Of a DNA stretch of 64,000 nt, positions 29,471-42,699 are shown piece after piece. The stretch comes from the human T2T-CHM13v2.0 reference genome, Homo sapiens, in assembly GCF_009914755.1 (NCBI RefSeq), contig NC_060939.1; one strand, 5' to 3'. Below the pieces are notes generated by a model, which ran no database searches, was not told the DNA's origin, and saw only the letters and a program-made list of their open reading frames with translations. A program made the translations under genes and the position numbers. Position 1 is the first letter of the stretch, and each line of letters starts with the position of its first letter.

Positions 29471-29833
29471 TGTACTGGGCGTTTAGGGTTATAAAAACCT
29501 AGATTTGCTGAAAACGGCTCTCTTTTATCTTCTGACAAGAACATTTGTGAAGAAAACAAAACAGACCTTCAGCCATTTAGTCTATACACCGAGAGAATGG
29601 TTTCTACAGTATGCCTGATTTCTCTGGGTCTTTCTAACACGTCCATGTATGTGCTTGTCAGCTTCTAGTGCCTCCATTTCTTGATATGAGGAAATTTTGC
29701 TTAAAAAAAAATCTCTACTGATAGGACCTCTGCATATTCATGCATGTTTTTCCTCCAGAACTTTGTGTCCCACCACTGTGCTAGGCAGTTTACAAATGCC
29801 ATCTGATTTCATTCCTGCCACTACAGTCTAAGG

Positions 29834-30032
29834 CTATATTGTCCGATACCTATCCACCACCCTCATGTGGCTATTTAAATGTTGGGTCATTAAAATTAAA
29901 TACAATTACAAATGCTGTCCCTCAGTCACACCAGCCGCATTTCAAGTGCACGGGTAGGCTAGTGGCCATCAGATCAGCTCATATAGAGCAGCACGTTTTC
30001 ATCACCACCAAAAATTCTATTGGGTAGCACTG
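29834..30032 (-). mobile_element. MER3 (hAT-Charlie) nested in a MIR
   Basis: MER3 body; perfect 8-bp TSD gtctaagg at 29826-29833 and 30033-30040. Reverse-strand MIR spans ~29770-30105. Confidence 0.85.
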
Positions 30033-30654
30033 GTCTAAGGTCCGGACATATGTCCCCATTTTGTAGATGAGGAAGCTGAGTCCTACAGAGGTTAAGTTGA
30101 CCACTTAGAAGAATGAACAGATGAAACCTTTTCATTTTACACATGAGGAAACTGAAGGTTATACTCCCCTTTCCTTCTTAGAAAAGAGAAATTGATCTGT
30201 AGGCTTCAGGGACTCTTCAGTTAGCCTGGGGGTACTGTGCGGGTCAGCTCTTTTGCTGTTCCCCCCAGACCCTGTCAGCTGTGGGTGGTGGCTGGTTTCT
30301 CTTGGTTTCCTCACCAGAGTTTGGGAATGAGCAAGTCAGGACTGCTTTCCGTACGGTAATCCTTTGGCCCATTTCCTATCGGGGGATTTATGGAGCTGGT
30401 GATCTCTTGGGTTTTTTGGCCATTTGTTAGAGCCAAAAGAGGTCACAGGAAATGATATACTAGTTTCATTGCCCAAAATACTGAGGTCCAGAGAGGGGAG
30501 GGGATGCTGAGGGTCTTGCATCTAGCTAAGAGCTGAGCTGGCTCTTAAACTTGTTTTCAAGCCAGGACTTACCTGACTTTCTTAGGAAAGTAATCACTCC
30601 ATAGACAAGGATAGGTTTTTTTCACAGAGCAATGATGTTCCCTGTGGTCCCTAT

Positions 30655-30815
30655 GTAGGGTGGTAAGGAATAGGGCTTTGGGATCCTACAGACCAGGGTT
30701 CAAATCCTGGCCCCACCACTTGTAAGTTATGGGACTTCAGACAAGGACTTAAACATTCTAAGTCCTCAGTTTCTTCATCTGTAAAACAGGGATAAAATAT
30801 CTCAGTGAATTTGTT
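30655..30815 (+). mobile_element. MIR
   Basis: gggttcaaatcctggccccaccactt...ctcagtttcttcatctgtaaaacagg. Confidence 0.8.
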
Positions 30816-30826
30816 TTAAATACTTG

Positions 30827-31133
30827 CGTCCGGGCATGGTGGCTCATGCCTGTAATCCCAGTACTTTGGGAGGCTGAGGTGGGAGGATCGCTTGAGGCCA
30901 GAAGTTTGAGACCAGACTGGCCAGCATAACAAGAACATAACAAGATCTCATCTCTACAAAAAATTAAAAATATTAGCTGGGCATGGTGGTGTGAGCCTGT
31001 GGTCTCAGCTACTCGGGAGGCTGCAGTGTAAGGTTGCTTGAGCCAGGAGTTAAAGTCTGCAGTGAACTCACCACTGTACTCTAGCCTGGGCAACAGAGTG
31101 AGACCCTGTCTCAAAAAAAAAAAAAAAAAAAAA
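30827..31133 (+). mobile_element. AluJ
   Basis: gggaggatcgcttgaggcc J diagnostic; A-tail. Confidence 0.95.
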
Positions 31134-31135
31134 TC

Positions 31136-31504
<369 letters not shown>

Positions 31505-31910
31505 TTAATATTATGAGCTTATCATCACCTTCAGCCAGCATTCTAATTTTACAGTATAGAATCCAGTACATAGGAGGCACTCAGATAGACGGGATGCCCC
31601 AAAATTGGGAGACGGACAAACTTATTTTGAAATAGTCTTTTTTTGACATTTCCAAAGAATATACTCAATGTTTTTCTGCAACCCTTTGCCTTCTTTTTAG
31701 GTGAAGGACCTCTACATTTAAAGCAGTGGGTTCAACTGCTAACCTGAAAAGCTATAATAAAACATCCCAGAGTATCCAAAAAGCCTGGAAACAAAGGGAA
31801 AATAGTGTGTCCTGCTTTCCAACTTTCGGATATGCTGTAGAATAGACTGAAACAAATCACTGGAAAATAGGTTGTTGTCGATTTTATTTAGAAGCTTTTG
31901 TTCCTTTGGA

Positions 31911-32209
31911 TTTTCGTCTCTTATTTTTAGACAGAGTCTCCCTCTGTCACCCAGGCTGGAGTGCCGTGGTGCAATGATAGCTTACTGCAGCCTCAAACTC
32001 CTGGGCTCAAATGATCCTCTAGCCTTGACCTCCTGATTAGCTGGGACTACAGAAGCAGGCCACCACGTCTGGCTAATTTTTGTATTTTTCTGTTGAGAAG
32101 AGGTCTTGCTATGATGGGCAGGCTGGTCTTGAACTCCTGGCCTCAAGTGATCCTCCCGCCTCAGCTTCCTGAAGTGGTAAGATTACAGGCATATGCCACC
32201 ACACCCAGC
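31911..32209 (-). mobile_element. AluJ
   Basis: Reverse-strand; TSD ttttgttcctttg. Confidence 0.93.
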
Positions 32210-33639
32210 TTTTTTGTTCCTTTGAAAGAAGGCATTGCTATTGATTGCCCTGAGGTGTCTAGATGACCCGGCCAGCCATCCACCTCTGCAGTTTACACAG
32301 CTTGTTGATCTCCACAGTGAGAATTAACTTCACAACCTGGGTCCAAGAGGCTGGAGGATTGTCAGTCTTTAGAAAAAAAAAAAATCTATTATCTTTAGAG
32401 AAGATGGACTTGTTGAGGAAGAAGAGTAGACAAATACTTTCTGGAAATATTTTCAAAGGGAATTAGAAAAAGAAAAAGATTTTGGTTGTCCTTTGGTGAA
32501 TGAGAATATTCATCAGCAGAATGCCTCATTACCACGTCACACAGCTGACCAAGGCCTCATCTGAGACTGTGTTTGAATAGAAATTAAACAGGGCTGACAG
32601 TGAAGTTTCTGCTTTTAATTAGCTTTCAAAGGTACACCTCTACCTGTGATGTTGAAACATCTTGAAAAACCTCTCTGCTCTGTGCCTGAATGAGGGGCAT
32701 CTAGAGGGCTTGGAAGAGAAGATGTGGCACAGGGCAGCCGGGGAGAGGCTGGTGGCCAGAAGATGGACCTGAGCTTGGTGAATTTACCTGGCATCTGAGC
32801 CTGGCCTGAACAATTCAGAAACCTCATTTCATCAGTCTTGGAGTCAGGGCTCCTGTCTCTTAGCAAAAAGCTAAAGCATACATCAAGCATATTTATTGAC
32901 AAGCGTAACCACTGTGAGGTTATAACCAGGGTGCTCTGTCTGCTTATGGGCACCCCACCCGACCAGCCAAATGGTCAGAGAGCTGGGTGGGTCGGGGAAA
33001 GGGAGGGAGGGAGTCATGGGAAGCAGTTGTGTTGAATGGCTACAGGCCCTGGTGGCTGGGTGCATCCCCGTATGCCATCCAGGCCCACCCACTGCTGGGC
33101 CGGACCTTCCCCTCTGGACAGTTCTTGCTTGGGCACTGACTGGGTTTGCTGCTGAACCTCCTGGCCTGGCAGCTCTGGTTGCTGATCCACCCTCTTCTTT
33201 CTTTATAGAGATTAAGAGCGGCTCCAGTGTGTGTACGGAGAGCCTCTTTGAAGCGCTGTTGCCTTTCTGTGGCTAGATCCACGATCTTCTCTCTGGGATC
33301 ACCCCATAGGACATTTGCTTTCCACCTTCTCCAGTCCCAGTGAATGCATGGACCTCTGTCCTCATTGTTACTGGCTGAGCCAGACGTCAGTCCTGTGACC
33401 TGGCCTCAGGACCACTCTTGTAGCCCACCGTGGGTGGATGAAGCCGGTGGGAACAGAATGATAGGAGTTAACCACTTTTTAGGCGTTATTGGGCCTTTTC
33501 ACTTTAATAGCTTAACAGAGACATCTGTGATGGCTTGCATCCAGAGTGCGTGGTGTTTATTTTTGATTTGAAATATGAAAAGCATTTTTTTAAGACAACT
33601 GACTCCTCTGAGTCATGCCCAGGGGAGCAAACGGCCTGA

Positions 33640-33907
33640 AATATGAGCTTGTGCTTGCTGGAGGAGGATGACAGAGGAGCCTGCTGCTAAGTTCACTGGT
33701 GCTGGGGTTAGGTCACTGCTGGGCTGAAGCGCACTGACCATAAGAGCAACATGTGGGCAAGAGCCGCGGCACTGGGGTAATTTATTGCCGCCGCTCGCTT
33801 CACCAGGAACCCCACACGCTGGGTTCCCACAGGATGCGACATTCCCACAGGATGGGACAACTGCATGGAAACCCACACTCGGGCCTGTGTTGAGCAACCA
33901 CGTTTGA
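33640..33907 (+). other. SMAD3: Probable non-coding alternative first exon of SMAD3 (isoform using a downstream ATG)
   Basis: Unique, CpG-enriched island ending in a TGA|GTAAGA donor (GT at 33908), with AP-1 site TGAGTCA at 33609-33615 just upstream. The ~12.3 kb distance to the other alternative exon agrees with my recollection of RefSeq structure. 5' end approximate. Confidence 0.65.
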
Positions 33908-34124
33908 GTAAGAGTTATCTTATTTGGCAGGGTGGGTTAGGTGTGGGGTATTTGTCACTGAGAAGCAGAAACTGTATGCTCGACACACACTCCCTGAGTC
34001 CTTAGGGAATTGCGTAGTTTTTTTCTTTTCTTTTCTGGGTTCATCTTACCAGCAGTCGTGTTTGAGAATGTGCACAGCTCACCTTCGTTCAGCCCTTTAC
34101 AGTTTACCTCCATAGCCTTCTTTG

Positions 34125-34290
34125 CGTCTTGGCACCATCTTGCGAGGTGTCAGGCCAGGTGTTAGGATGCTCTGTTTACAGATGAGGAGATTGAGGCATG
34201 AGTTGTGATTGCTCACAATTGCCTCCTGAGTGGTGGGGCCATGCTGGGGCACTGTGCCCAGACTCTAGACTTCCAGGGGTCCGGGACCTC
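34125..34290 (-). mobile_element. MIR
   Basis: tttacagatgaggagattgaggc. Confidence 0.65.
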
Positions 34291-34539
34291 CTGCTGCCAG
34301 TCTCCTAGCCCGTTACCACAGCTGTCTGTTTCTTGGCCTCTCCCTAGATTTCTAATGGAACTCTTGGGGTACAGTCTGGAAATAGGTATTTTAAACATGC
34401 TTTGCAGTGATTGTTACAGATCTTCATGTTCAGGTGGCCCAGGGGCTGACCCTGCTCCAACTTCCCCCTCAGACATTAAACCTGTACCACCCACTGAGAT
34501 GGTTTTGATTTTCTATTCTGCGTTTAAGGCCCATCTTCA

Positions 34540-34660
34540 CCCCATAAATGCCAGCTCCCCAAGGACAGAGCCCTTTCCTGTCTTGTCCACACCATGTCCC
34601 AGGGCCCTGGACGGTGGTTGGCACACAGTAGGCCCTTGGTAAATGTTTGTCGGATGAGTA
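34540..34660 (+). mobile_element. L2 3' end
   Basis: ttggcacacagtaggcccttggtaaatgtttgtcggatgag. Confidence 0.75.
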
Positions 34661-36224
34661 TGTCTCTTCCTCAGCTCTGTGGTTAGCTGGGAGAGCTCCG
34701 ACAGTAGAGTCTGGCAGGTCTGGTTCAAGCATCCCTTTGGTGTAACATGGTGTGAATGGTGGGGCCTCACTGAATTGTGGAGTGGGGGGCAGTGAGTCTC
34801 CCTACGACCTCCTGGTGAGGAGAAGATAGTCACCACCCACACAGGCACACTCTTGAATATTCCAGGACGAGGTGGGCACTCATTAGAGGGCAGCTCTTAC
34901 GGCCACTGCCTGGTATGTTTTGGCGTGAGCAGTAGGGTCATCGTGGTGGTCAGTTTTTCCACTGCCATCAAATGGGATCCATTTAGCTCTCAGACAGACA
35001 AGGTATAGGGCTGGACTCTGTGCCGTGGGCTAAATACCGGCCACCTCGAGCCTCAAATCAAGCCCAGACACCGGCATAAACCCAGGTGGCCCAAGCCGAG
35101 GTCGCTCCCCAGGGCCAGGCTCATGAATGGATAAGTAAATATTTACCCTGTCTGAGGTCGAATGTGAACTGTCTACCAGGTGTTTTGTTTTTCTGTGTCC
35201 TCCCTCTGTTTCTGCAGTGCCTCCCCCTGTAAAAAAGGAAACCAAGAGGCTGACAGGTTAAGTGACAGGCTTGACACAGCTAGCCATCAGAACGTCCTCC
35301 AGTCCCATCTGAGTCCTGTTCCTCCTCAGGCACCTCCTCCAGGAAGCATTCCCAGATGACTGGCCCATCCTGCCCTTTCCCTCCTCTGAGCCGCACCCTG
35401 CAGACGGCCCTCTACCTGTGAATCCATACAGGATGTAGGCAAAGGGGAAGAGGTTTGCTCATCCTCTCTCCTTCACCCTTGTGCATATTAATACTCACCT
35501 GGCAATTAGTCATATGCAACTCTTATATTGACCTTACATGTTCCGTGTCTTCTGTGCCCGTCTCTGGAGTTTCTGAAGATGAAGGGCTGTGTCTGCTGCA
35601 CCTTCAGACTTTTTGAAATTGATTGGTTGGTTTGTACATCCATTTATTCACCCCACCCCTCATCCTACTGTACACGCTTATGGTCAGTCTATTCTGTGTC
35701 GGGCTCAGGGCCTTTCTCCCCAAAGTGCGTTCATGTCCAAGGCTAGAGTGGATGGCTAGAGGCCAGAGGACAGCTTAGGCTGAAAGTGGTAGGGAGACTA
35801 TCAATGAAGCTGGGGGGAGCTGAGCTTCTGAAACTTGGGAATAAATTTTCAGCCTTGCTAATGTGTTCCTCTGAAAAAATATCTTATCAGGCCCTCAGAT
35901 ATCCACCAGTTCTCCCTTTCCAACTTGCAGCCTGCACCCTTGGCCAGGAAGTTCATAGGCAACAAAATAGAATCCACCTTCCCTATCACTCACCCCTTTT
36001 AAAATGTGACTAACTCTGAGCTAACCAAGCCTTGGCCAGACGTGGATATGGTTATGCACGGACTCCGTTTTGTGGTTTGTCATTTCTGACTTGCTGGGAA
36101 ATCCTTTGTTGGGGGTGGGGATGGGAAGTAGAGCATCTCTGGGGCTGGAGTTTTTCTAAGATGTGTAAGATTTAGAGGCTGTCATACTGCAAACAGGGAG
36201 AGCGGGCTGTCTGCTTGGCTTCAT

Positions 36225-36430
36225 GGTCAGTGGAGAACAGCCTGGACTTGGAGTAAGAACAGCTAGGTTCAGATCCCTGCTTTTACTCCTGACCACTTAG
36301 TAACCTTGGCCGAGTCCCTCAACCTTTTTGCCTCAGTTTCCTTATCTGTAAAACATGGGGTTCTTGAAGGATTAAAAGAGCTGGTGTGTGTAAAACCCAG
36401 GAACATAGTTCCTGGTGTATAGTGACTTAT
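36225..36430 (+). mobile_element. MIR
   Basis: ggacttggagtaagaacagctaggttcagatcc...gcctcagtttccttatctgtaaaa. Confidence 0.8.
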
Positions 36431-36461
36431 AATTTCGAAAACCTTAAGATTTTATTCATAA

Positions 36462-36797
<336 letters not shown>

Positions 36798-36873
36798 TTC
36801 TAAAAGTATTTTGGTGTGCACCATTAGCACTGTGTCTTAAAGGCGATGTGCACCTTGAGCACAGAGTGTTGAG

Positions 36874-37061
36874 TGCGTGGTGGATGGATGTCATTTGCGT
36901 TTTATAGATGCGGCAACAGAAACTCAGGCCCAGCCACTTACCCGAGGCCACATAGTCCCAGGTAGAGTTGGAATTTGGAATAAAGCCTGCTGACTCCAAT
37001 CCTAGATGCCTTCCACACTCCTGTCCCCCTACCTCTACACCAGGCGTCCCCAACCCCTGGG
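36874..37061. repeat. Duplicated copy of 38080-38271 (MIR plus the first ~21 bp of MER1B)
   Basis: Manual alignment: ~27 mismatches and one 4-nt gap over ~190 bp. Confidence 0.85.
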
Positions 37062-37210
37062 ACCCCTGGGAAGTGATGTGCACTTAGCACCTCACTATGG
37101 GAAACATAAAGCAGGAACTAACAGGACTCCTCTCTCAAGAAGGAATTTCAGTCTACTTGGGGAAAGAATAATAGCCAAGCAGTAACTCAGGTTTGTTTAG
37201 CCTTCTAGAG

Positions 37211-37851
37211 CAGTGTTGCCGGATATCACTGTAGTGTGAGCTACAGTGTATGGTAGCCCCCACTTGTTCTTGGTTTTGCCTTATGAGGTTTCAGTCAGCT
37301 ACAGTCTGGAAATAGGTGAATATAGTACAGTCAGATGTGTTGAGAGAAAGAGACCACATTTATATAACTTTTATGATAGTATATTGTTATAATTGTTAAT
37401 TTCATTATTAGTTATTGTTGTTAATCTCTTACTGTGCCTAATTTATAAATTAAACTTTGTCTTGGGTGTACATGCACAGGAAAAAACACAGTGTCTATAG
37501 AGTTTGGTACTGTCTCTGGTTTCAGGCATCCACTGGTGGTCTTGGAACGTATTCCCCTCGGATAATTGCAATTACTTCTAAAATCTAAAATCTTCTGGCC
37601 ATGTTAAAATGTAAAGAGAGGGTGAAATTAATTTTAAATACTATATCTTGTTTAATACAGTGTATCCCAAACCATCATCACTTTAGCATATACTCAAATA
37701 TAAAGATTGTTAACGAGCTATATTACATTCTTCTTTATCATACTGAGTCTGAAGTTGATGTGTCCTTTATACTTGTGGCACATCTCAGTTTGCACTGTCC
37801 ACATTTCAAGTGCTGCCATGTGGCTGGTGGCCACCATATTGGACACCACAG
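37211..37851 (+). mobile_element. MER33 (hAT-Charlie) split by MER44A
   Basis: cagtgttgccggata start; ggtgaaattaattttaa...cacatttcaagtgct...catattggacaccacag end. Confidence 0.8.
37250..37578 (+). mobile_element. MER44A-like (TcMar-Tigger) nested in MER33
   Basis: gagaccacatt...ctcttactgtgcctaatttataaattaaacttt...ttcaggcatccactgg...cttggaacgtat; flanked by TA. Confidence 0.8.
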
Positions 37852-37989
37852 CTACAGGATTTCTTCGTTAGGTCAGTTGATGTCACCTGCATTTTGGAGT
37901 GGAGTCATTGAGCTCACTGGCTGAGTTACACAGCTAGTGAGGAGCCGGGTGGGACCAGAGCTTGGTCTTCTTCCCGTTAAGGAAGAAGG

Positions 37990-38230
37990 GAAACTTGCAT
38001 TTGCTGAATGTCTACTATGTCCCAAGTGCTGTGCTAGATACTCTACCTTTGTCATTCCATTTAGTTCTCACAGCAGCCTTGCATGGTGGATGAATATCAT
38101 GTGCATTTTACAGATGAGGCAACAGAAACTCAGAGAGGCCCAGCAACTTACCCAAGGCCACGTAGTCCCAGGTAGAGTTAGAATTTGGAATAGGGCCTGC
38201 TGACTCCGGTACTAGGTGCCTTCCACTCAC
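37990..38230 (-). mobile_element. MIR
   Basis: catttgctgaatgtctactatgtcccaag...cattttacagatgagg. Confidence 0.85.
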
Positions 38231-38250
38231 CTGACCTCCTTCTCTTACAC

Positions 38251-38557
38251 CAGGGGTCCCCAACCCCGGGGCCGTGGACTGATACCCGTGTGCGGCCTGT
38301 TAGGAACCGGGTCTCGTAGTAGTAGGTGAGTGGTGGGCAAGTGAGCATTACGGCCAGAGCTCCGCCTCCTGTCAGATAAGCGGCTGCATTAGATTCTCAT
38401 AGGAGCGTGAACCCTATTGTGAACTGCATATTGGAGGGATCTAGGTTGCACACTCCATATCAGAATCTAATGCCTGATGATCTGAGGTGGAACAGTTTCG
38501 TCCTGAAACATCCCCCCCAACCCTCATCTCTGGTGCCAAAAAGATTGGGGACCACTG
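38251..38557 (+). mobile_element. MER1B (hAT-Charlie)
   Basis: caggggtccccaacccc...ttggggaccactg TIRs; TSD tcttacac / ccctacac. Confidence 0.92.
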
Positions 38558-39419
38558 CCCTACACAGAGAAAGAGAATTTGCACGTAGCAACTTAGGCAA
38601 AGTATTCAAGGAAAGTGCCAGGGGACAGGAAGGACACCATGGGCTGGTGGCCTGTTCAGTAACAGCTTCAGGGTATCAGTTCAGAAGGCCTAGGCCTGCT
38701 TTGGTTGGGGTGGTGTATGTGTAAAAGCAGCATTCTGTCTAATCACAGGTTCTGCCTGAAAGGCAGACACTTTTAACCCTTCGGTGGACAGGGTTGGTGA
38801 TAGCTAGTGGGGGGTATGAGGTGGGGGTGAGGAGGTGGTGGTGGGCAGCAATTGCAGAGGCCAGAGATCTTGGCTGTGTTCTACCTGCCACGCTGGGAAT
38901 GCTAAGTACTTCTCAAGCCTTCAAGCAACTGAGACTTTCTGCTCGGGGAATCCCCAAGGATTTGGGGAGGCTGGAATTGAGCAAGCTCTTGAATGCATGC
39001 ATGGATTCATGCAGTCACTCACTCCACAAATATTCACGTGCTTTGGGCCAGAATGATTTCGGCAGGAATATCTTGTCCTACATGCTATTGCCATGTTCTC
39101 TGAGGACCCGCGGCTTCGCATGTGTAAATCTCCCTCCAGAGTACTCGGCAGATTCCCGAAGCTGACTGAGGCTCAGGGAGTGTCAGTCCCTTGCCACAGG
39201 TCACATAGTACTGAATGGAAGATATGGGACCTCAGAACCAAGAGGCTTTGACTCATTTGTCCCTCTTTCTGTCTGTTTTGCCATCAGCCAGGAGATAGTC
39301 GTTGAGTTGTTTCTATTTGCCAGGCATCGAGCTGTGTTCTCGGGTTTCATTGTTGTTGTTTTCATTTTGAGTGTGTTTGTTTTGTTTTACTTTTAGGAGC
39401 AATCACAGTGCTCCTGTTG

Positions 39420-39630
39420 CTGAATGGTGGCTGATGTCTGTTGCATGCCAAGCACTGCGCAGGGTGCTGGTCACAGTTTGCTCCAGGGATTCCTCCCAGT
39501 CCCGCTGTAAAGAGGAGGAAACTGATGCTCAGAGACTTGGACCTTTCTGAACATCATGAAGCTAGGGATTTCAGTCCCAGCCTCTCTCTCGAGAGCCCTA
39601 ACTTAGCCACTATACCTCACTGCCTCTCTG
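39420..39630 (-). mobile_element. MIR
   Basis: gaggaggaaactgatgctcagagac...ttagccactatacctcactgcct. Confidence 0.6.
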
Positions 39631-40699
39631 TGACCAGGGTTGAGTCCTGGTCCTCAAATGAAGCCCGATTTGCCAGAACCTTCTTTTGAGGCCTTACCTG
39701 GTCTTCAGTTTTACCACGTGTTAATTGGGGGCAGGGCAGCCAGTCCATCCTCTTCTGCAGAAATCACCCTGTCCAGGAGATGGGTGCTTCTTCAGGACAC
39801 TACCTGGCTAAGAACACTGCATTAACAGGAGATAGAGATCCAGTGTGTGTGAACCTTGTGAAAACATCTCTGTCTGTTCCTCCAATCTCCCCCTTCTGTC
39901 TTATCATGCAGGGCAAGCTCAGGTTGTTGTCCTGTCTCTGTTGGGAGGACCCTTGAGTGGTATCTCCTATGCCCAAGCAGACCTGCAGAGAACCCTGTCC
40001 AAACTGATGGTCATCTGAGACATGGAACTTCATGATAGGAAGGTGTCTTGGAGGATAACTAGCAAGTCTTTCACTTTATAGAGGGGGAAACTGAGTCCTC
40101 AGCGATCAGCCACATAGATTCTGTGTTGTAGAGACCTGAGGATGTGTCTCATCTCCTTATCTGAACAGCAAGTTCCCATGCTGCGAACGTCTCACCCTGA
40201 CCCTCACCGTATTTTTTAGGAAGTGAATGGGGCTTTGAGAAGGACAACCTCACTGTTTTGCCCATTTCTGAGATGGAAAATCAAGGAACATTGCCCCATC
40301 TCCACCCCGGGAATCTATATGCCCCTCCCATAGGCAAGATGGAAGCTAGACCAGAATGTGCAGCTTGTGCTTCTTGCGGGAATGGTGAGGACAGATGAGG
40401 GCAGGGAGACAGCATTCCTAAACCCAGCCTTTTGACCCAAGAGGCAGGGACTCCAAGGCTGTAGAATGGGAGGAATTGTGGGAGGAAAAGCACTGGGCAG
40501 AAGGTCTCAGTCAAATGCACCTGCAGTTATTAGCTATGTGACTTGGGCATAATGCCACCTGTGAGCCCCCATTTTCCTCACTAGGACAGTGAACTCACCA
40601 ATAGGTTTGAGTTGTTGCCCTCCCAGAACTGTTGCATGAATTGAATGAGGTGCCTTGCTTAACTGTACTGAATACTGGGGAAGCCTGCTTAAATGGATG

Positions 40700-40900
40700 A
40701 CAGGCTTTTTATCATTAGCAAGCTGCCGCACTCCCCACTCATCACTCCAAGGCAGACCATTGCATTTTCTTTCATTCTGATAAACTCCTTGAGTTGAACA
40801 GAAATCAGACTCCCCGTAACTTCTGCTCCACAGTTTAAAACAGCCCACCATGAAGCCTTATGTCCTTCAGGACATTCTGCCCTGTTCACTTGGATTTCTC
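40700..40900 (-). mobile_element. Possible L3/CR1 3' fragment
   Basis: ggcagaccattgca...ttctgataaactcc...cccgtaacttctgctccac resembles reverse-strand L3. Confidence 0.35.
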
Positions 40901-41709
40901 TCCTCCCTGCAAAGCATCATCAGCTTCCTCCTCTGACCCATGTTTTGCACTTCCTTGCTTGTCACTCCTCTTTAAACACTTGTCCAAACTGTTTGTGGCC
41001 CGTCCTGTATTACGCCCAGGGCAGATGCAGTAGCCCAGCCGAAGCAGCAGAGACCATGGCCTCCCTGATGTGGGGTCTGTGCCTCTTCTCCAGGCAAGTG
41101 GCTGTGACAGTCTAACTTTATGGAAGGGTGAACTCAATGACATTGGCTGAACTGCTGGTGAACACGGGAAAAGCCCTTCTGGACCTCTTATCTCTCTCTC
41201 CTGGCCAGAGGAAAACCATGTCCCATTTGTCCTGTTTGAGCACTATCAGGCCTATAGCCATAATCTTTTACACCGTAACATAACTTTGCCAATGCCAATA
41301 TTATATGCCCTTTTTTTTTTTCTAGAAAAACTTAATTGGGATTTTAAATGCATTTGGGGGATGGGCTGCGTTTCTGTTTGCCTCTAAAAACAATGAGAAG
41401 GCAAACAAAGTATGATCCTATCGCCAGAAAAATGGAGCCAAATCTGAAATTAATTTACAAAGTCATTAGTATTTTCCATTTGTGACCCCCAAAATGAATG
41501 TAGGTGTAGTTCCTTGCAATTAACTGCAAATTAGGAAAGGGTTGGGAGGATGTTTCAGGGACCAACACACAGAACTGTAGCAGAAGCAGATGGGGGAATG
41601 GAACCAAGAATTGCCTTGGTTTTCACTCAAGGCTGTGGTTTGGGAGAGTAGTGCCGACTCAAATATTCCCCAGAAGAGAGCACTTTTTCAACAGTCTGAA
41701 AAGTGGCAG

Positions 41710-41870
41710 GGACCTTTGGAATGATCTGTTTTAACCTTTTCATTTTCTGAATGAGGCAACTGAGAGATTCAGGAAGGGTAAGCGACTTGCCTAAAGTCAC
41801 ATAGCCAGGAAGGTCAGAACCAGGACCAGAGCTCTGCTTCTGACTCCCTGGCCAGTGCTCCAGCTGCCAC
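41710..41870 (-). mobile_element. MIR
   Basis: aatgaggcaactgag...taagcgacttgcctaaagtcacatagc. Confidence 0.8.
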
Positions 41871-42699
41871 TGCCCCCCTCTCTCCTGGGTGCTTGTCTGC
41901 TTGTGCCTTTAATGTTCAGCACTTGAGATATTTTCACGTTTAGCACCTTCACGTTTAGCAGTACTCCTCATTAGAGGAAAATGGGATGATGTGGGCAGAG
42001 TCACCCACAGAGTCACTCCAGGTTTCAGATGTGCTGGTGCTTACCGAGTGCCACAGGGAGAAAGTGGTGGTTTCTCCCTTCCCTTAAGAAACCTGGTTAT
42101 TTCCAAGGCTCAACCCCTGCAACGCCCCACCAAGCCAGTCACCCACCACTGCACATTGAGAATCTGCTGCTCTGTGAATGAAATTGGCCTGGGGTTAATG
42201 AGTGGTGAATGTGTGTCAGTGTTTGGTATTTGCAGCAGGAGCTCTTCTGCGATTCCCTAAGCTCAGATGAACGGGGCCTTTAAGATGCCATCCAGCCATC
42301 GGAGAGATGCAGGAAAGGCCTTTTGAAATGCTGTTTCCCCTGACCTATTTGAGGTGAGGCCCTGTGATGTCATTTCCCCAGTGGTGTGTGTGAGAGAGCA
42401 AGCAGCACTAAGAAAAGCCACTGCTGAGAGTTCACAGTCCTTGCTTCAGTGTTGTCTTACGCTCGGGGTGCCTTAAAGGGCTTACAGCGACCCTACCTCC
42501 AGCTTCTCCAGCTCCCTTTCCTTGGCAAACACTTGACCCATCCCAGCCCCTTGGGCTTTCTTTCCTCCTCCTCTGCTACCACATACTGTGGGTGTTGGGA
42601 AATTACTAAAGGCGCGACTCTGGCTCTCAAAGACTCTGAAGTCCAGGATCGAGAAGAACTGTGTTTACACGGAGTTGTCAAGGATCATTCTGCCAATGA

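Noticed and set aside
28818-29559. Several long ORFs in the GC-rich patch
   Set aside because: Explained by stop-codon depletion from high GC; better read as regulatory DNA.
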